64,000 nucleotides of DNA from Laetmonice hystrix (Eukaryota). Below are positions 37,901 to 52,016 of this stretch, piece after piece. Location of the stretch: positions 45,758,001 through 45,822,000 of the forward strand of contig OZ249436.1 of assembly GCA_965235115.1 (NCBI GenBank), read 5' to 3'. The notes below the pieces were generated by a model. It worked only from the letters and a program-made list of their open reading frames with translations, was not told the DNA's origin and searched no databases. A program made the translations under genes and the position numbers. The number at the start of each line of letters is the position of its first letter. Position 1 is the first letter of the stretch.

Positions 37901-40900
37901 GGCTACTATAGGCCAGCTGGTAAGATGTAGGGACTTCTCACTTTACTGGTTGGCCTCCCACACTGCTTGGCTCCATATAGTGTACTGTTTGGCCTCACTG
38001 TACTCTTTGGCCTCACTGTAGTGTTCGTTTAGGTGCTAGGCCAGCCAGTATACCTTGTAGCGATTCCTCCCCGTACTGTTTGGCCTCCCTGTACCGTTTG
38101 CTTGTATACAAGATTAGCCAGTAGTATAGGGACGCCTCATGTTTCAGTTTCCATGCCTTTATTGTCCAGGAGGCAGGCCATACGTTTCGTCTATCATCTA
38201 CTCCCATCTAATCTGTGTCCCCTACAGACCATCTGTAAGCGTCCGACAACGTTGTCAGGTCGTCCCAATGACTGTTTGCCGTCTAGGTTTAGTTAACGAT
38301 GGCAAATGACGTTGTACGCCTATTCTATATCAGATATCCCATCCCCAACTAACAAACAAACAAACAAACAAAGGATGATTACCCAGAGATGTTGCCGGCA
38401 GAAAACACCAGGGTGCAGCTGACGGCGCTGACTGCACTGCCGCCTTCCGGCCAGCGGTGGAATCACCACGTACACCTGGCCGCCCTGGCAGGCACCTGTG
38501 GCTCTTGGGCGAGAGACATGTTAAAGCAATGATAAGCGAAAAATGGCTACATTTTTGATACGTCAAATTAAAACTACGGCCCCCAAAATTATTATTCTTA
38601 GGCCAGATGTATAACTGTCAAGCGTATAGGTCTCGTACGTTCGCTACAGATATATGGTTGTGATGTGCACACTTCCCATTTGAGTATCTTCTCCAGATTT
38701 TAACATTAGATGCTCCTCGCCTGTACCTTTCATTTCCACTACCTCACTGTAGTGTTTGCATGGCTACTATAGGCCAGCTGGTAAGATGTAGGGACTTCTC
38801 ACTCTACTGGTTGGCCTCCCACACTGCTTGGCTCCATATAGTGTACTGTTTGGCCTCACTGTACTCTTTGGCCTCACTGTAGTGTTCGTTTGGGTGCTAG
38901 GCCAGCCAGTATACCTTGTAGCGATTCCTCCCCGTACTATTTGGCCTCCCTGTACCGTTTCTTGTATACAAGAGTAGCCAGTAGTATAGGGACGCCTCAT
39001 GTTTCAGTTTCCATGCCTTTATTGTCCAGGAGGCAGGCCATACGTTTCGTCTATCATCGACTCCCATCTAATCTGTGTCCCCTACAGACCATCTGTAAGC
39101 GTCCGACAACGTTGTCAGGTCGTCCCAATGACTGTTTGCCGTCTAGGTTTAGTTAACTATGGCAAATGACGTTGTACGCCTATTCTATATAAGATATCCC
39201 ATCCCCAACTGACAGCAAACAAACAAAGGATGATTACCCAGAGATGTTGCCGGCAGAAAACACCAGGGTGCAGCTGACGGCGCTGACTGCACTGCCGCCT
39301 TCCGGCCAGCGGTGGAATCACCACGTACACCTGGCCGCCCTGGCAGGCACCTGTGGCTCTTGGGCGAGAGACATGTTTAAGCAATGATAAGCGAAAAATG
39401 GCTACATTTTTGATACGTCAATTTGAAACTACGGCCCCCAAAATTATTATTCTTAGGCCAGATGTATAACTCTCAAGCGTATAGGTCTCGTACGTTCGCT
39501 ACAGATATATGGTTGTGATGTGTACACTTCCCCTCTGAGTATCTTCTCCAGATTTTAACATTAGATGCTCCTCGCCTGTACCTTTCATTTCCACTACCTC
39601 ACTGTAGTGTTTGCATGGCTACTATAGGCCAGCTGGTAAGATGTAGGGACTTCTCACTTTACTGGTTGGCCTCCCACACTGCTTGGCTCCATATAGTGTA
39701 CTGTTTGGCCTCACTGTACTCTTTGGCCTCACTGTAGTGTTCGTTTAGGTGCTAGGCCAGCCAGTATACCTTGTAGCGATTCCTCCCCGTACTGTTTGGC
39801 CTCCCTGTACCGTTTGCTTGTATACAAGATTAGCCAGTAGTATAGGGACGCCTCATGTTTCAGTTTCCATGCCTTTATTGTCCAGGAGGCAGGCCATACG
39901 TTTCGTCTATCATCTACTCCCATCTAATCTGTGTCCCCTACAGACCATCTGTAAGCGTCCGACAACGTTGTCAGGTCGTCCCAATGACTGTTTGCCGTCA
40001 AGGTTTAGGTAACAATGGCAAATGACGTTGTACGCCTATTCTATATCAGATATCCCATCCCCAAGTAACAAACAAACAAAGGATGATTACCCAGAGATGT
40101 TGCCGGCAGAAAGCACCAGGGTGCAGCTGACGGCGCTGACGGCGCTGACGGCGCTGACTGCACTGCCGCCTTCCGGCCAGCGGTGGAATTACCACGTACA
40201 CCTGGCCGCCCTGGCAGGCACCTGTGGCTCTTGGGCGAGAGACATGTTAAAGCAATGATAAGCGAAAAATGGCTACATTTTTGATACGTCAATTTGAAAC
40301 TACGGCCCCCAAAATTATTATTCTTAGGCCAGATGTATAACTGTCAAGCGTATAGGTCTCGTACGTTCGCTACAGATATATGGTTGTGATGTGTACACTT
40401 CCCCTCTGAGTATCTTCTCCAGATTTTAACATTAGATGCTCCTCGCCTGTACCTTTCATTTCCACTACCTCACTGTAGTGTTTGCATGGCTACTATAGGC
40501 CAGCTGGTAAGATGTAGGGACTTCTCACTTTACTGGTTGGCCTCCCACACTGCTTGGCTCCATATAGTGTACTGTTTGGCCTCACTGTACTCTTTGGCCT
40601 CACTGTAGTGTTCGTTTAGGTGCTAGGCCAGCCAGTATACCTTGTAGCGATTCCTCCCCGTACTGTTTGGCCTCCCTGTACCGTTTGCTTGTATACAAGA
40701 TTAGCCAGTAGTATAGGGACGCCTCATGTTTCAGTTTCCATGCCTTTATTGTCCAGGAGGCAGGCCATACGTTTCGTCTATCATCTACTCCCATCTAATC
40801 TGTGTCCCCTACAGACCATCTGTAAGCGTCCGACAACGTTGTCAGGTCGTCCCAATGACTGTTTGCCGTCTAGGTTTAGTTAACGATGGCAAATGACGTT

Positions 40901-43900
40901 GTACGCCTATTCTATATCAGATATCCCATCCCCAACTAACAAACAAACAAACAAACAAACAAAGGATGATTACCCAGAGATGTTGCCGGCAGAAAACACC
41001 AGGGTGCAGCTGACGGCGCTGACTGCACTGCCGCCTTCCGGCCAGCGGTGGAATCACCACGTACACCTGGCCGCCCTGGCAGGCACCTGTGGCTCTTGGG
41101 CGAGAGACATGTTAAAGCAATGATAAGCGAAAAATGGCTACATTTTTGATACGTCAAATTAAAACTACGGCCCCAAAAATTATTATTCTTAGGCCAGATG
41201 TATAACTGTCAAGCGTATAGGTCTCGTACGTTCGCTACAGATATATGGTTGTGATGTGCACACTTCCCATTTGAGTATCTTCTCCAGATTTTAACATTAG
41301 ATGCTCCTCGCCTGTACCTTTCATTTCCACTACCTCACTGTAGTGTTTGCATGGCTACTATAGGCCAGCTGGTAAGATGTAGGGACTTCTCACTCTACTG
41401 GTTGGCCTCCCACACTGCTTGGCTCCATATAGTGTACTGTTTGGCCTCACTGTACTCTTTGGCCTCACTGTAGTGTTCGTTTGGGTGCTAGGCCAGCCAG
41501 TATACCTTGTAGCGATTCCTCCCCGTACTATTTGGCCTCCCTGTACCGTTTCTTGTATACAAGAGTAGCCAGTAGTATAGGGACGCCTCATGTTTCAGTT
41601 TCCATGCCTTTATTGTCCAGGAGGCAGGCCATACGTTTCGTCTATCATCGACTCCCATCTAATCTGTGTCCCCTACAGACCATCTGTAAGCGTCCGACAA
41701 CGTTGTCAGGTCGTCCCAATGACTGTTTGCCGTCTAGGTTTAGTTAACTATGGCAAATGACGTTGTACGCCTATTCTATATAAGATATCCCATCCCCAAC
41801 TGACAAACAAACAAACAAAGGATGATTACCCAGAGATGTTGCCGGCAGAAAACACCAGGGTGCAGCTGACGGCGCTGACTGCACTGCCGCCTTCCGGCCA
41901 GCGGTGGAATCACCACGTACACCTGGCCGCCCTGGCAGGCACCTGTGGCTCTTTGGCGAGAGACATGTTTAAGCAATGATAAGCGAAAAATGGCTACATT
42001 TTTTATACGTCAATTTGAAACTACGGCCCCCAAAATTATTATTCTTAGGCCAGATGTATAACTCTCAAGCGTATAGGTCTCGTACGTTCGCTACAGATAT
42101 ATGGTTGTGATGTGTACACTTCCCCTCTGAGTATCTTCTCCAGATTTTAACATTAGATGCTCCTCGCCTGTACCTTTCATTTCCACTACCTCACTGTAGT
42201 GTTTGCATGGCTACTATAGGCCAGCTGGTAAGATGTAGGGACTTCTCACTTTACTGGTTGGCCTCCCACACTGCTTGGCTCCATATAGTGTACTGTTTGG
42301 CCTCACTGTACTCTTTGGCCTCACTGTAGTGTTCGTTTAGGTGCTAGGCCAGCCAGTATACCTTGTAGCGATTCCTCCCCGTACTGTTTGGCCTCCCTGT
42401 ACCGTTTGCTTGTATACAAGATTAGCCAGTAGTATAGGGACGCCTCATGTTTCAGTTTCCATGCCTTTATTGTCCAGGAGGCAGGCCATACGTTTCGTCT
42501 ATCATCTACTCCCATCTAATCTGTGTCCCCTACAGACCATCTGTAAGCGTCCGACAACGTTGTCAGGTCGTCCCAATGACTGTTTGCCGTCAAGGTTTAG
42601 GTAACAATGGCAAATGACGTTGTACGCCTATTCTATATCAGATATCCCATCCCCAAGTAACAAACAAACAAAGGATGATTACCCAGAGATGTTGCCGGCA
42701 GAAAGCACCAGGGTGCAGCTGACGGCGCTGACGGCGCTGACGGCGCTGACTGCACTGCCGCCTTCCGGCCAGCGGTGGAATTACCACGTACACCTGGCCG
42801 CCCTGGCAGGCACCTGTGGCTCTTGGGCGAGAGACATGTTAAAGCAATGATAAGCGAAAAATGGCTACATTTTTGATACGTCAAATTAAAACTACGGCCC
42901 CCAAAATTATTATTCTTAGGCCAGATGTATAACTGTCAAGCGTATAGGTCTCGTACGTTCGCTACAGATATATGGTTGTGATGTGCACACTTCCCATTTG
43001 AGTATCTTCTCCAGATTTTAACATTAGATGCTCCTCGCCTGTACCTTTCATTTCCACTACCTCACTGTAGTGTTTGCATGGCTACTACAGGCCAGCTGGT
43101 AAGATGTAGGGACTTCTCACTCTACTGGTTGGCCTCCCACACTGCTTGGCTCCATATAGTGTACTGTTTGGCCTCACTGTACTCTTTGGCCTCACTGTAG
43201 TGTTCGTTTGGGTGCTAGGCCAGCCAGTATACCTTGTAGCGATTCCTCCCCGTACTGCTTGGCCTCCCTGTACCGTTTGCTTGTATACAAGAGTAGCCAG
43301 TAGTATAGGGACGCCTCATGTTTCAGTTTCCATGCCTTTATTGTCCAGGAGGCAGGCCATACGTTTCGTCTATCATCTACTCCCATCTAATCTGTGTCCC
43401 CTACAGACCATCTGTAAGCGTCCGACAACGTTGTCAGGTCGTCCCAATGACTGTTTGCCGTCAAGGTTTAGTTAACGATGGCAAATGACGTTGTACGCCT
43501 ATTCTATATCAGATATCCCATCCCCAACTAACAAACAAACAAACAAACAAACAAAGAATGATTACCCAGAGATGTTGCCGGCAGAAAACACCAGGGTGCA
43601 GCTGACGGCACTGACTGCACTGCCGCCTTCCGGCCAGCGGTGGAATCACCACGTACACCTGGCCGCCCTGGCAGGCACCTGTGGCTCTTGGGCGAGAGAC
43701 ATGTTAAAGCAATGATAAGCGAAAAATGGCTACATTTTTGATACGTCAAATTAAAACTACGGCCCCCAAAATTATTATTCTTAGGCCAGATGTATAACTG
43801 TCAAGCGTATAGGTCTCGTACGTTCGCTACAGATATATGGTTGTGATGTGCACACTTCCCATTTGAGTATCTTCTCCAGATTTTAACATTAGATGCTCCT

Positions 43901-46900
43901 CGCCTGTACCTTTCATTTCCACTACCTCACTGTAGTGTTTGCATGGCTACTATAGGCCAGCTGGTAAGATGTAGGGACTTCTCACTCTACTGGTTGGCCT
44001 CCCACACTGCTTGGCTCCATATAGTGTACTGTTTGGCCTCACTGTACTCTTTGGCCTCACTGTAGTGTTCGTTTGGGTGCTAGGCCAGCCAGTATACCTT
44101 GTAGCGATTCCTCCCCGTACTGTTTGGCCTCCCTGTACCGTTTCTTGTATACAAGAGTAGCCAGTAGTATAGGGACGCCTCATGTTTCAGTTTCCATGCC
44201 TTTATTGTCCAGGAGGCAGGCCATACGTTTCGTCTATCATCTACTCCCATCTAATCTGTGTCCCCTACAGACCATCTGTAAGCGTCCGACAACGTTGTCA
44301 GGTCGTCCCAATGACTGTTTGCCGTCAAGGTTTAGGTAACAATGGCAAATGACGTTGTACGCCTATTCTATATCAGATATCCCATCCCCAAGTAACAAAC
44401 AAACAAAGGATGATTACCCAGAGATGTTGCCGGCAGAAAGCACCAGGGTGCAGCTGACGGCGCTGACGGCGCTGACGGCGCTGACTGCACTGCCGCCTTC
44501 CGGCCAGCGGTGGAATTACCACGTACACCTGGCCGCCCTGGCAGGCACCTGTGGCTCTTGGGCGAGAGACATGTTAAAGCAATGATAAGCGAAAAATGGC
44601 TACATTTTTGATACGTCAAATTAAAACTACGGCCCCCAAAATTATTATTCTTAGGCCAGATGTATAACTGTCAAGCGTATAGGTCTCGTACGTTCGCTAC
44701 AGATATATGGTTGTGATGTGCACACTTCCCATTTGAGTATCTTCTCCAGATTTTAACATTAGATGCTCCTCGCCTGTACCTTTCATTTCCACTACCTCAC
44801 TGTAGTGTTTGCATGGCTACTATAGGCCAGCTGGTAAGATGTAGGGACTTCTCACTCTACTGGTTGGCCTCCCACACTGCTTGGCTCCATATAGTGTACT
44901 GTTTGGCCTCACTGTACTCTTTGGCCTCACTGTAGTGTTCGTTTGGGTGCTAGGCCAGCCAGTATACCTTGTAGCGATTCCTCCCCGTACTGTTTGGCCT
45001 CCCTGTACCGTTTGCTTGTATACAAGAGTAGCCAGTAGTATAGGGACGCCTCATGTTTCAGTTTCCATGCCTTTATTGTCCAGGAGGCAGGCCATACGTT
45101 TCGTCTATCATCTACTCCCATCTAATCTGTGTCCCCTACAGACCATCTGTAAGCGTCCGACAACGTTGTCAGGTCGTCCCAATGACTGTTTGCCGTCAAG
45201 GTTTAGTTAACGATGGCAAATGACGTTGTACGCCTATTCTATATCAGATATCCCATCCCCAACTAACAAACAAACAAACAAACAAAGAATGATTACCCAG
45301 AGATGTTGCCGGCAGAAAACACCAGGGTGCAGCTGACGGCACTGACTGCACTGCCGCCTTCCGGCCAGCGGTGGAATCACCACGTACACCTGGCCGCCCT
45401 GGCAGGCACCTGTGGCTCTTGGGCGAGAGACATGTTAAAGCAATGATAAGCGAAAAATGGCTACATTTTTGATACGTCAAATTAAAACTACGGCCCCCAA
45501 AATTATTATTCTTAGGCCAGATGTATAACTGTCAAGCGTATAGGTCTCGTACGTTCGCTACAGATATATGGTTGTGATGTGCACACTTCCCATTTGAGTA
45601 TCTTCTCCAGATTTTAACATTAGATGCTCCTCGCCTGTACCTTTCATTTCCACTACCTCACTGTAGTGTTTGCATGGCTACTATAGGCCAGCTGGTAAGA
45701 TGTAGGGACTTCTCACTCTACTGGTTGGCCTCCCACACTGCTTGGCTCCATATAGTGTACTGTTTGGCCTCACTGTACTCTTTGGCCTCACTGTAGTGTT
45801 CGTTTGGGTGCTAGGCCAGCCAGTATACCTTGTAGCGATTCCTCCCCGTACTGTTTGGCCTCCCTGTACCGTTTCTTGTATACAAGAGTAGCCAGTAGTA
45901 TAGGGACGCCTCATGTTTCAGTTTCCATGCCTTTATTGTCCAGGAGGCAGGCCATACGTTTCGTCTATCATCTACTCCCATCTAATCTGTGTCCCCTACA
46001 GACCATCTGTAAGCGTCCGACAACGTTGTCAGGTCGTCCCAATGACTGTTTGCCGTCAAGGTTTAGGTAACAATGGCAAATGACGTTGTACGCCTATTCT
46101 ATATCAGATATCCCATCCCCAAGTAACAAACAAACAAAGGATGATTACCCAGAGATGTTGCCGGCAGAAAGCACCAGGGTGCAGCTGACGGCGCTGACGG
46201 CGCTGACGGCGCTGACTGCACTGCCGCCTTCCGGCCAGCGGTGGAATTACCACGTACACCTGGCCGCCCTGGCAGGCACCTGTGGCTCTTGGGCGAGAGA
46301 CATGTTAAAGCAATGATAAGCGAAAAATGGCTACATTTTTGATACGTCAAATTAAAACTACGGCCCCCAAAATTATTATTCTTAGGCCAGATGTATAACT
46401 GTCAAGCGTATAGGTCTCGTACGTTCGCTACAGATATATGGTTGTGATGTGCACACTTCCCATTTGAGTATCTTCTCCAGATTTTAACATTAGATGCTCC
46501 TCGCCTGTACCTTTCATTTCCACTACCTCACTGTAGTGTTTGCATGGCTACTATAGGCCAGCTGGTAAGATGTAGGGACTTCTCACTCTACTGGTTGGCC
46601 TCCCACACTGCTTGGCTCCATATAGTGTACTGTTTGGCCTCACTGTACTCTTTGGCCTCACTGTAGTGTTCGTTTGGGTGCTAGGCCAGCCAGTATACCT
46701 TGTAGCGATTCCTCCCCGTACTGTTTGGCCTCCCTGTACCGTTTGCTTGTATACAAGAGTAGCCAGTAGTATAGGGACGCCTCATGTTTCAGTTTCCATG
46801 CCTTTATTGTCCAGGAGGCAGGCCATACGTTTCGTCTATCATCTACTCCCATCTAATCTGTGTCCCCTACAGACCATCTGTAAGCGTCCGACAACGTTGT

Positions 46901-49900
46901 CAGGTCGTCCCAATGACTGTTTGCCGTCAAGGTTTAGTTAACGATGGCAAATGACGTTGTACGCCTATTCTATATCAGATATCCCATCCCCAACTAACAA
47001 ACAAACAAACAAACAAAGAATGATTACCCAGAGATGTTGCCGGCAGAAAACACCAGGGTGCAGCTGACGGCACTGACTGCACTGCCGCCTTCCGGCCAGC
47101 GGTGGAATCACCACGTACACCTGGCCGCCCTGGCAGGCACCTGTGGCTCTTGGGCGAGAGACATGTTAAAGCAATGATAAGCGAAAAATGGCTACATTTT
47201 TGATACGTCAAATTAAAACTACGGCCCCCAAAATTATTATTCTTAGGCCAGATGTATAACTGTCAAGCGTATAGGTCTCGTACGTTCGCTACAGATATAT
47301 GGTTGTGATGTGCACACTTCCCATTTGAGTATCTTCTCCAGATTTTAACATTAGATGCTCCTCGCCTGTACCTTTCATTTCCACTACCTCACTGTAGTGT
47401 TTGCATGGCTACTATAGGCCAGCTGGTAAGATGTAGGGACTTCTCACTCTACTGGTTGGCCTCCCACACTGCTTGGCTCCATATAGTGTACTGTTTGGCC
47501 TCACTGTACTCTTTGGCCTCACTGTAGTGTTCGTTTGGGTGCTAGGCCAGCCAGTATACCTTGTAGCGATTCCTCCCCGTACTGTTTGGCCTCCCTGTAC
47601 CGTTTCTTGTATACAAGAGTAGCCAGTAGTATAGGGACGCCTCATGTTTCAGTTTCCATGCCTTTATTGTCCAGGAGGCAGGCCATACGTTTCGTCTATC
47701 ATCGACTCCCATCTAATCTGTGTCCCCTACAGACCATCTGTAAGCGTCCGACAACGTTGTCAGGTCGTCCCAATTACTGTTTGCCGTCTAGGTTTAGTTA
47801 ACTATGGCAAATGACGTTGTACGCCTATTCTATATAAGATATCCCATCCCCAACTGACAAACAAACAAACAAAGGATGATTACCCAGAGATGTTGCCGGC
47901 AGAAAACACCAGGGTGCAGCTGACGGCGCTGACTGCACTGCCGCCTTCCGGCCAGCGGTGGAATCACCACGTACACCTGGCCGCCCTGGCAGGCACCTGT
48001 GGCTCTTGGGCGAGAGACATGTTTAAGCAATGATAAGCGAAAAATGGCTACATTTTTGATACGTCAATTTGAAACTACGGCCCCCAAAATTATTATTCTT
48101 AGGCCAGATGTATAACTGTCAAGCGTATAGGTCTCGTACGTTCGCTACAGATATATGGTTGTGATGTGCACACTTCCCATTTGAGTATCTTCTCCAGATT
48201 TTAACATTAGATGCTCCTCGCCTGTACCTTTCATTTCCACTACCTCACTGTAGTGTTTGCATGGCTACTATAGGCCAGCTGGTAAGATGTAGGGACTTTT
48301 CACTCTACTGGTTGGCCTCCCACACTGCTTGGCTCCATATAGTGTACTGTTTGGCCTCACTGTACTCTTTGGCCTCACTGTAGTGTTCGTTTGGGTGCTA
48401 GGCCAGCCAGTATACCTTGTAGCGATTCCTCCCCGTACTGTTTGGCCTCCCTGTACCGTTTCTTGTATACAAGAGTAGCCAGTAGTATAGGGACGCCTCA
48501 TGTTTCAGTTTCCATGCCTTTATTGTCCAGGAGGCAGGCCATACGTTTCGTCTATCATCGACTCCCATCTAATCTGTGTCCCCTACAGACCATCTGTAAA
48601 CGTCCGACAACGTTGTCAGGTCGTCCCAATGACTGTTTGCCGTCTAGGTTTAGTTAACTATGGCAAATGACGTTGTGCGCCTATTCTATATAAGATATCC
48701 CATCCCCAACTGACAAACAAACAAACAAAGGATGATTACCCAGAGATGTTGCCGGCAGAAAACACCAGGGTGCAGCTGACGGCGCTGACTGCACTGCCGC
48801 CTTCCGGCCAGCGGTGGAATCACCACGTACACCTGGCCGCCCTGGCCGCCCTGGCCGCCCTGGCAGGCACCTGTGGCTCTTGGGCGGGAGACATGTTAAA
48901 GCAATGATAAGCGAAAAATGGCTACATTTTTGATACGTCAAATTGAAACTACGGCCCCAAAAATTATTATTCTTAGGCCAGATGTATAACTGTCAAGCGT
49001 ATAGGTCTCGTACGTTCGCTACAGATATATGGTTGTGATGTGTACACTTCCCATTTGAGTATCTTCTCCAGATTTTAACTTTAGATGCTCCTCGCCTGTA
49101 CCTTTCATTTCCACTACCTCACTGTAGTGTTTGCATGGCTACTATAGGCCAGCTGGTAAGATATAGGGACTTCTCACTCTACTGGTTGGCCTCCCACACT
49201 GCTTGGCTCCATATAGTGACTGTTTGGCCTCACTGTACTCTTTGGCCTCACTGTAGTGTTCGTTTGGGTGCTAGGCCAGCCAGTATACCTTGTAGCGATT
49301 CCTCGCCGTACTGTTTGGCCTCCCTGTACCGTTTGCTTGTATACAAGAGTAGCCAGTAGTATAGGGACGCCTCATGTTTCAGTTTCCATGCCTTTATTGT
49401 CCAGGAGGCAGGCCATCCGTTTCGTCTATCATCTACTGCCATCTAATCTGTGTCCCCTACAGACCATCTGTAAGCGTCCGACAACGTTGTCAGGTCGTCC
49501 CAATGACTGTTTGCCGTCAAGGTTTAGTTAACAATGGCAAATGACGTTGTACGCCTATTCTATATCAGATATCCCATCCCCAAGTAACAAACAAACAAAC
49601 AAAGGATGATTATCTAGAGATGTTGCCGGCAGAAAACACCAGGGTGCAGCTGACGGCGCTGACGGCGCTGACTGCACTGCCGCCTTCCGGCCAGCGGTGG
49701 AATTACCACGTACACCTGGCCGCCCTGGCAGGCACCTGTGGCTCTTGGGCGAGAGACATGTTAAAGCAATGATAAGCAAAAAATTGCTACATTTTTGATA
49801 CGTCAAATTAAAACTACGGCCCCCAAAATTATTATTCTTAGGCCAGATGTATAACTGTCAAGCGTATAGGTCTCGTACGTTCGCTACAGATATATGGTTG

Positions 49901-51319
49901 TGATGTGCACACTTCCCATTTGAGTATCTTCTCCAGATTTTAACATTAGATGCTCCTCACCTGTACCTTTCATTTCCACTACCTCACTGTAGTGTTTGCA
50001 TGGCTACTATAGGCCAGCTGGTAAGATGTAGGGACTTCTCACTCTACTGGTTGGCCTCCCACCCTGCTTGGCTCCATATAGTGTACTGTTTGGCCTCACT
50101 GTACTCTTTGGCCTCACTGTAGTGTTCGTTTGGGTGCTAGGCCAGCCAGTATACTTTGTAGCGATTCCTCCCCGTACTGTTTGGCCTCCCTGTACCGTTT
50201 GCTTGTATACAAGAGTAGCCAGTAGTATAGGGACGCCTCATGTTTCAGTTTCCATGCCTTTATTGTCCAGGAGGCAGGCCATATTTCGTCTATCATCTAC
50301 TCCCATCTAATCTGTGTCCCCTACAGACCATCTGTAAGCGTCCGACAACGTTGTCAGGTCGTCCCAATGACTGTTTGCCGTAAAGGTTTAGTTTACAATG
50401 GCAAATGACGTTGTACGCCTATTCTATATCAGATATCCCATCCCCAACTGACAAACAAACAAACAAAGGATGATTACCCAGAGATGTTGCCGGCAGAAAA
50501 CACCAGGGTGCAGCTGACGGCGCTGACTGCACTGCCGCCTTCCGGCCAGCGGTGGAATCACCACGTACACCTGGCCGCCCTGGCAGGCACCTGTGGCTCT
50601 TGGGCGAGAGACATGTTGAAGCAATGATAAGCGAAAAATGGCTACATTTTTGATACGTCAAATTAAAACTACGGCCCCCAAAATTATTATTCTTAGGCCA
50701 GATGTATAACTGTCAAGCGTATAGGTCTCGTACGTTCGCTACAGATATATGGTTGTGATGTGCACACTTCCCATTTGAGTATCTTCTCCAGATTTTAACA
50801 TTAGATGCTCCTCGCCTGTACCTTTCATTTCCACTACCTCACTGTAGTGTTTGCATGGCTACTATAGGCCAGCTGGTAAGATGTAGGGACTTCTCACTCT
50901 ACTGGTTGGCCTCCCACCCTGCTTGGCTCCATATAGTGTACTGTTTGGCCTCACTGTACTCTTTGGCCTCACTGTAGTGTTCGTTTGGGTGCTAGGCCAG
51001 CCAGTATACCTTGTAGCGATTCCTCCCCGTACTGTTTGGCCTCCCTGTACCGTTTGCTTGTATACAAGAGTAGCCAGAATATAGGGACGCCTCATGTTTC
51101 AGTTTCCATGCCTTTATTGTCCAGGAGGCAGGCCATACGTTTCGTCTATCATCTACTCCCATCTAATCTGTTTCCCCTACAGACCATCTGGAAGCGTCCG
51201 ACAACGTTGTCAGGTCGTCCCAATGACTGTTTGCCGTCAAGGTTTAGTTAACAATGGCAAATGACGTTGTACGCCTTTTCTATATCGGATATCCCATCCC
51301 CAAGTAACAAACAAACAAA
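34981..51319. repeat. Macrosatellite: 19 tandem units of 856-880 bp with higher-order (trimer and dimer) structure
   Basis: The same landmark recurs at 35702, 36559, 37439, 38296 and onward to 51251. Length variation comes from (aaac)n and (gctgacggc)n sub-repeats. Confidence 0.98.
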
Positions 51320-51329
51320 GAAAGAATAT

Positions 51330-51930
51330 CGGTCATAGGTCACTTGACGTAAAAAATTATGCCTATTGGTGTTAAATAGTAACCTCGGGTCCAAGTTTGA
51401 CTATTTACAAGTTATAGCCTTGAAATATATTTGAGTTCCTACATTGTTTAATAGGAACTATGGTTCTATTTTCAACCATTTACGAGTTACACCCCAAAGA
51501 AAAGAAAGATCATATCCTTATGACGTCCTTAGTCACGTGACGTAAAAAATATTGGTGTCAAAGAAAGAGAGCATACGACTTCCTATTTGCATTTAACAGT
51601 AACTGGGGCTCTACGTTCTACCATTCACAAGTTATAGCCCTGTGAATATAGATAATCTCCTGATGACGTCATAGGTCACGTGACATATAAAATAATGATG
51701 CCAAACAAAAGAGCATAATTATATAACTTCCTACAAGTGTTCAGTAGTAACTATGACCCTAAGTTCAACCATTTACAAGTTATATCCCTCTGAATAGATA
51801 GATCATCTCATGATGAGGTCAGAGGTCACGTGACCTGAAAAATAATGGTGTATAATGAAAGAGCATGACTTCCTATACATGTTCTATTGTAAGTTTGCCT
51901 CTATCTTGCATCGTTCTTGAGCTATAGCCC
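51330..51930. repeat. Diverged tandem repeat of about 150 bp (about 4 copies), probably internal to a non-autonomous element
   Basis: Recurrent gtcacgtgac...aaagagcat...cttccta...agtaact...ccatttacaagttata motifs. Confidence 0.7.
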
Positions 51931-52016
51931 TATATTCAGACCCATGCTCGAGGTCATGTGACTTCCTCAATACAATCGTTACGTCATAGGAGGCCTGTAA
52001 AGGACGCCTTGTGGTG

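Noticed and set aside
35352..51251. Recurrent 60-110-aa ORFs in the macrosatellite as a tandem gene family
   Set aside because: Starts, stops and frames differ between copies and there is no recognisable domain.
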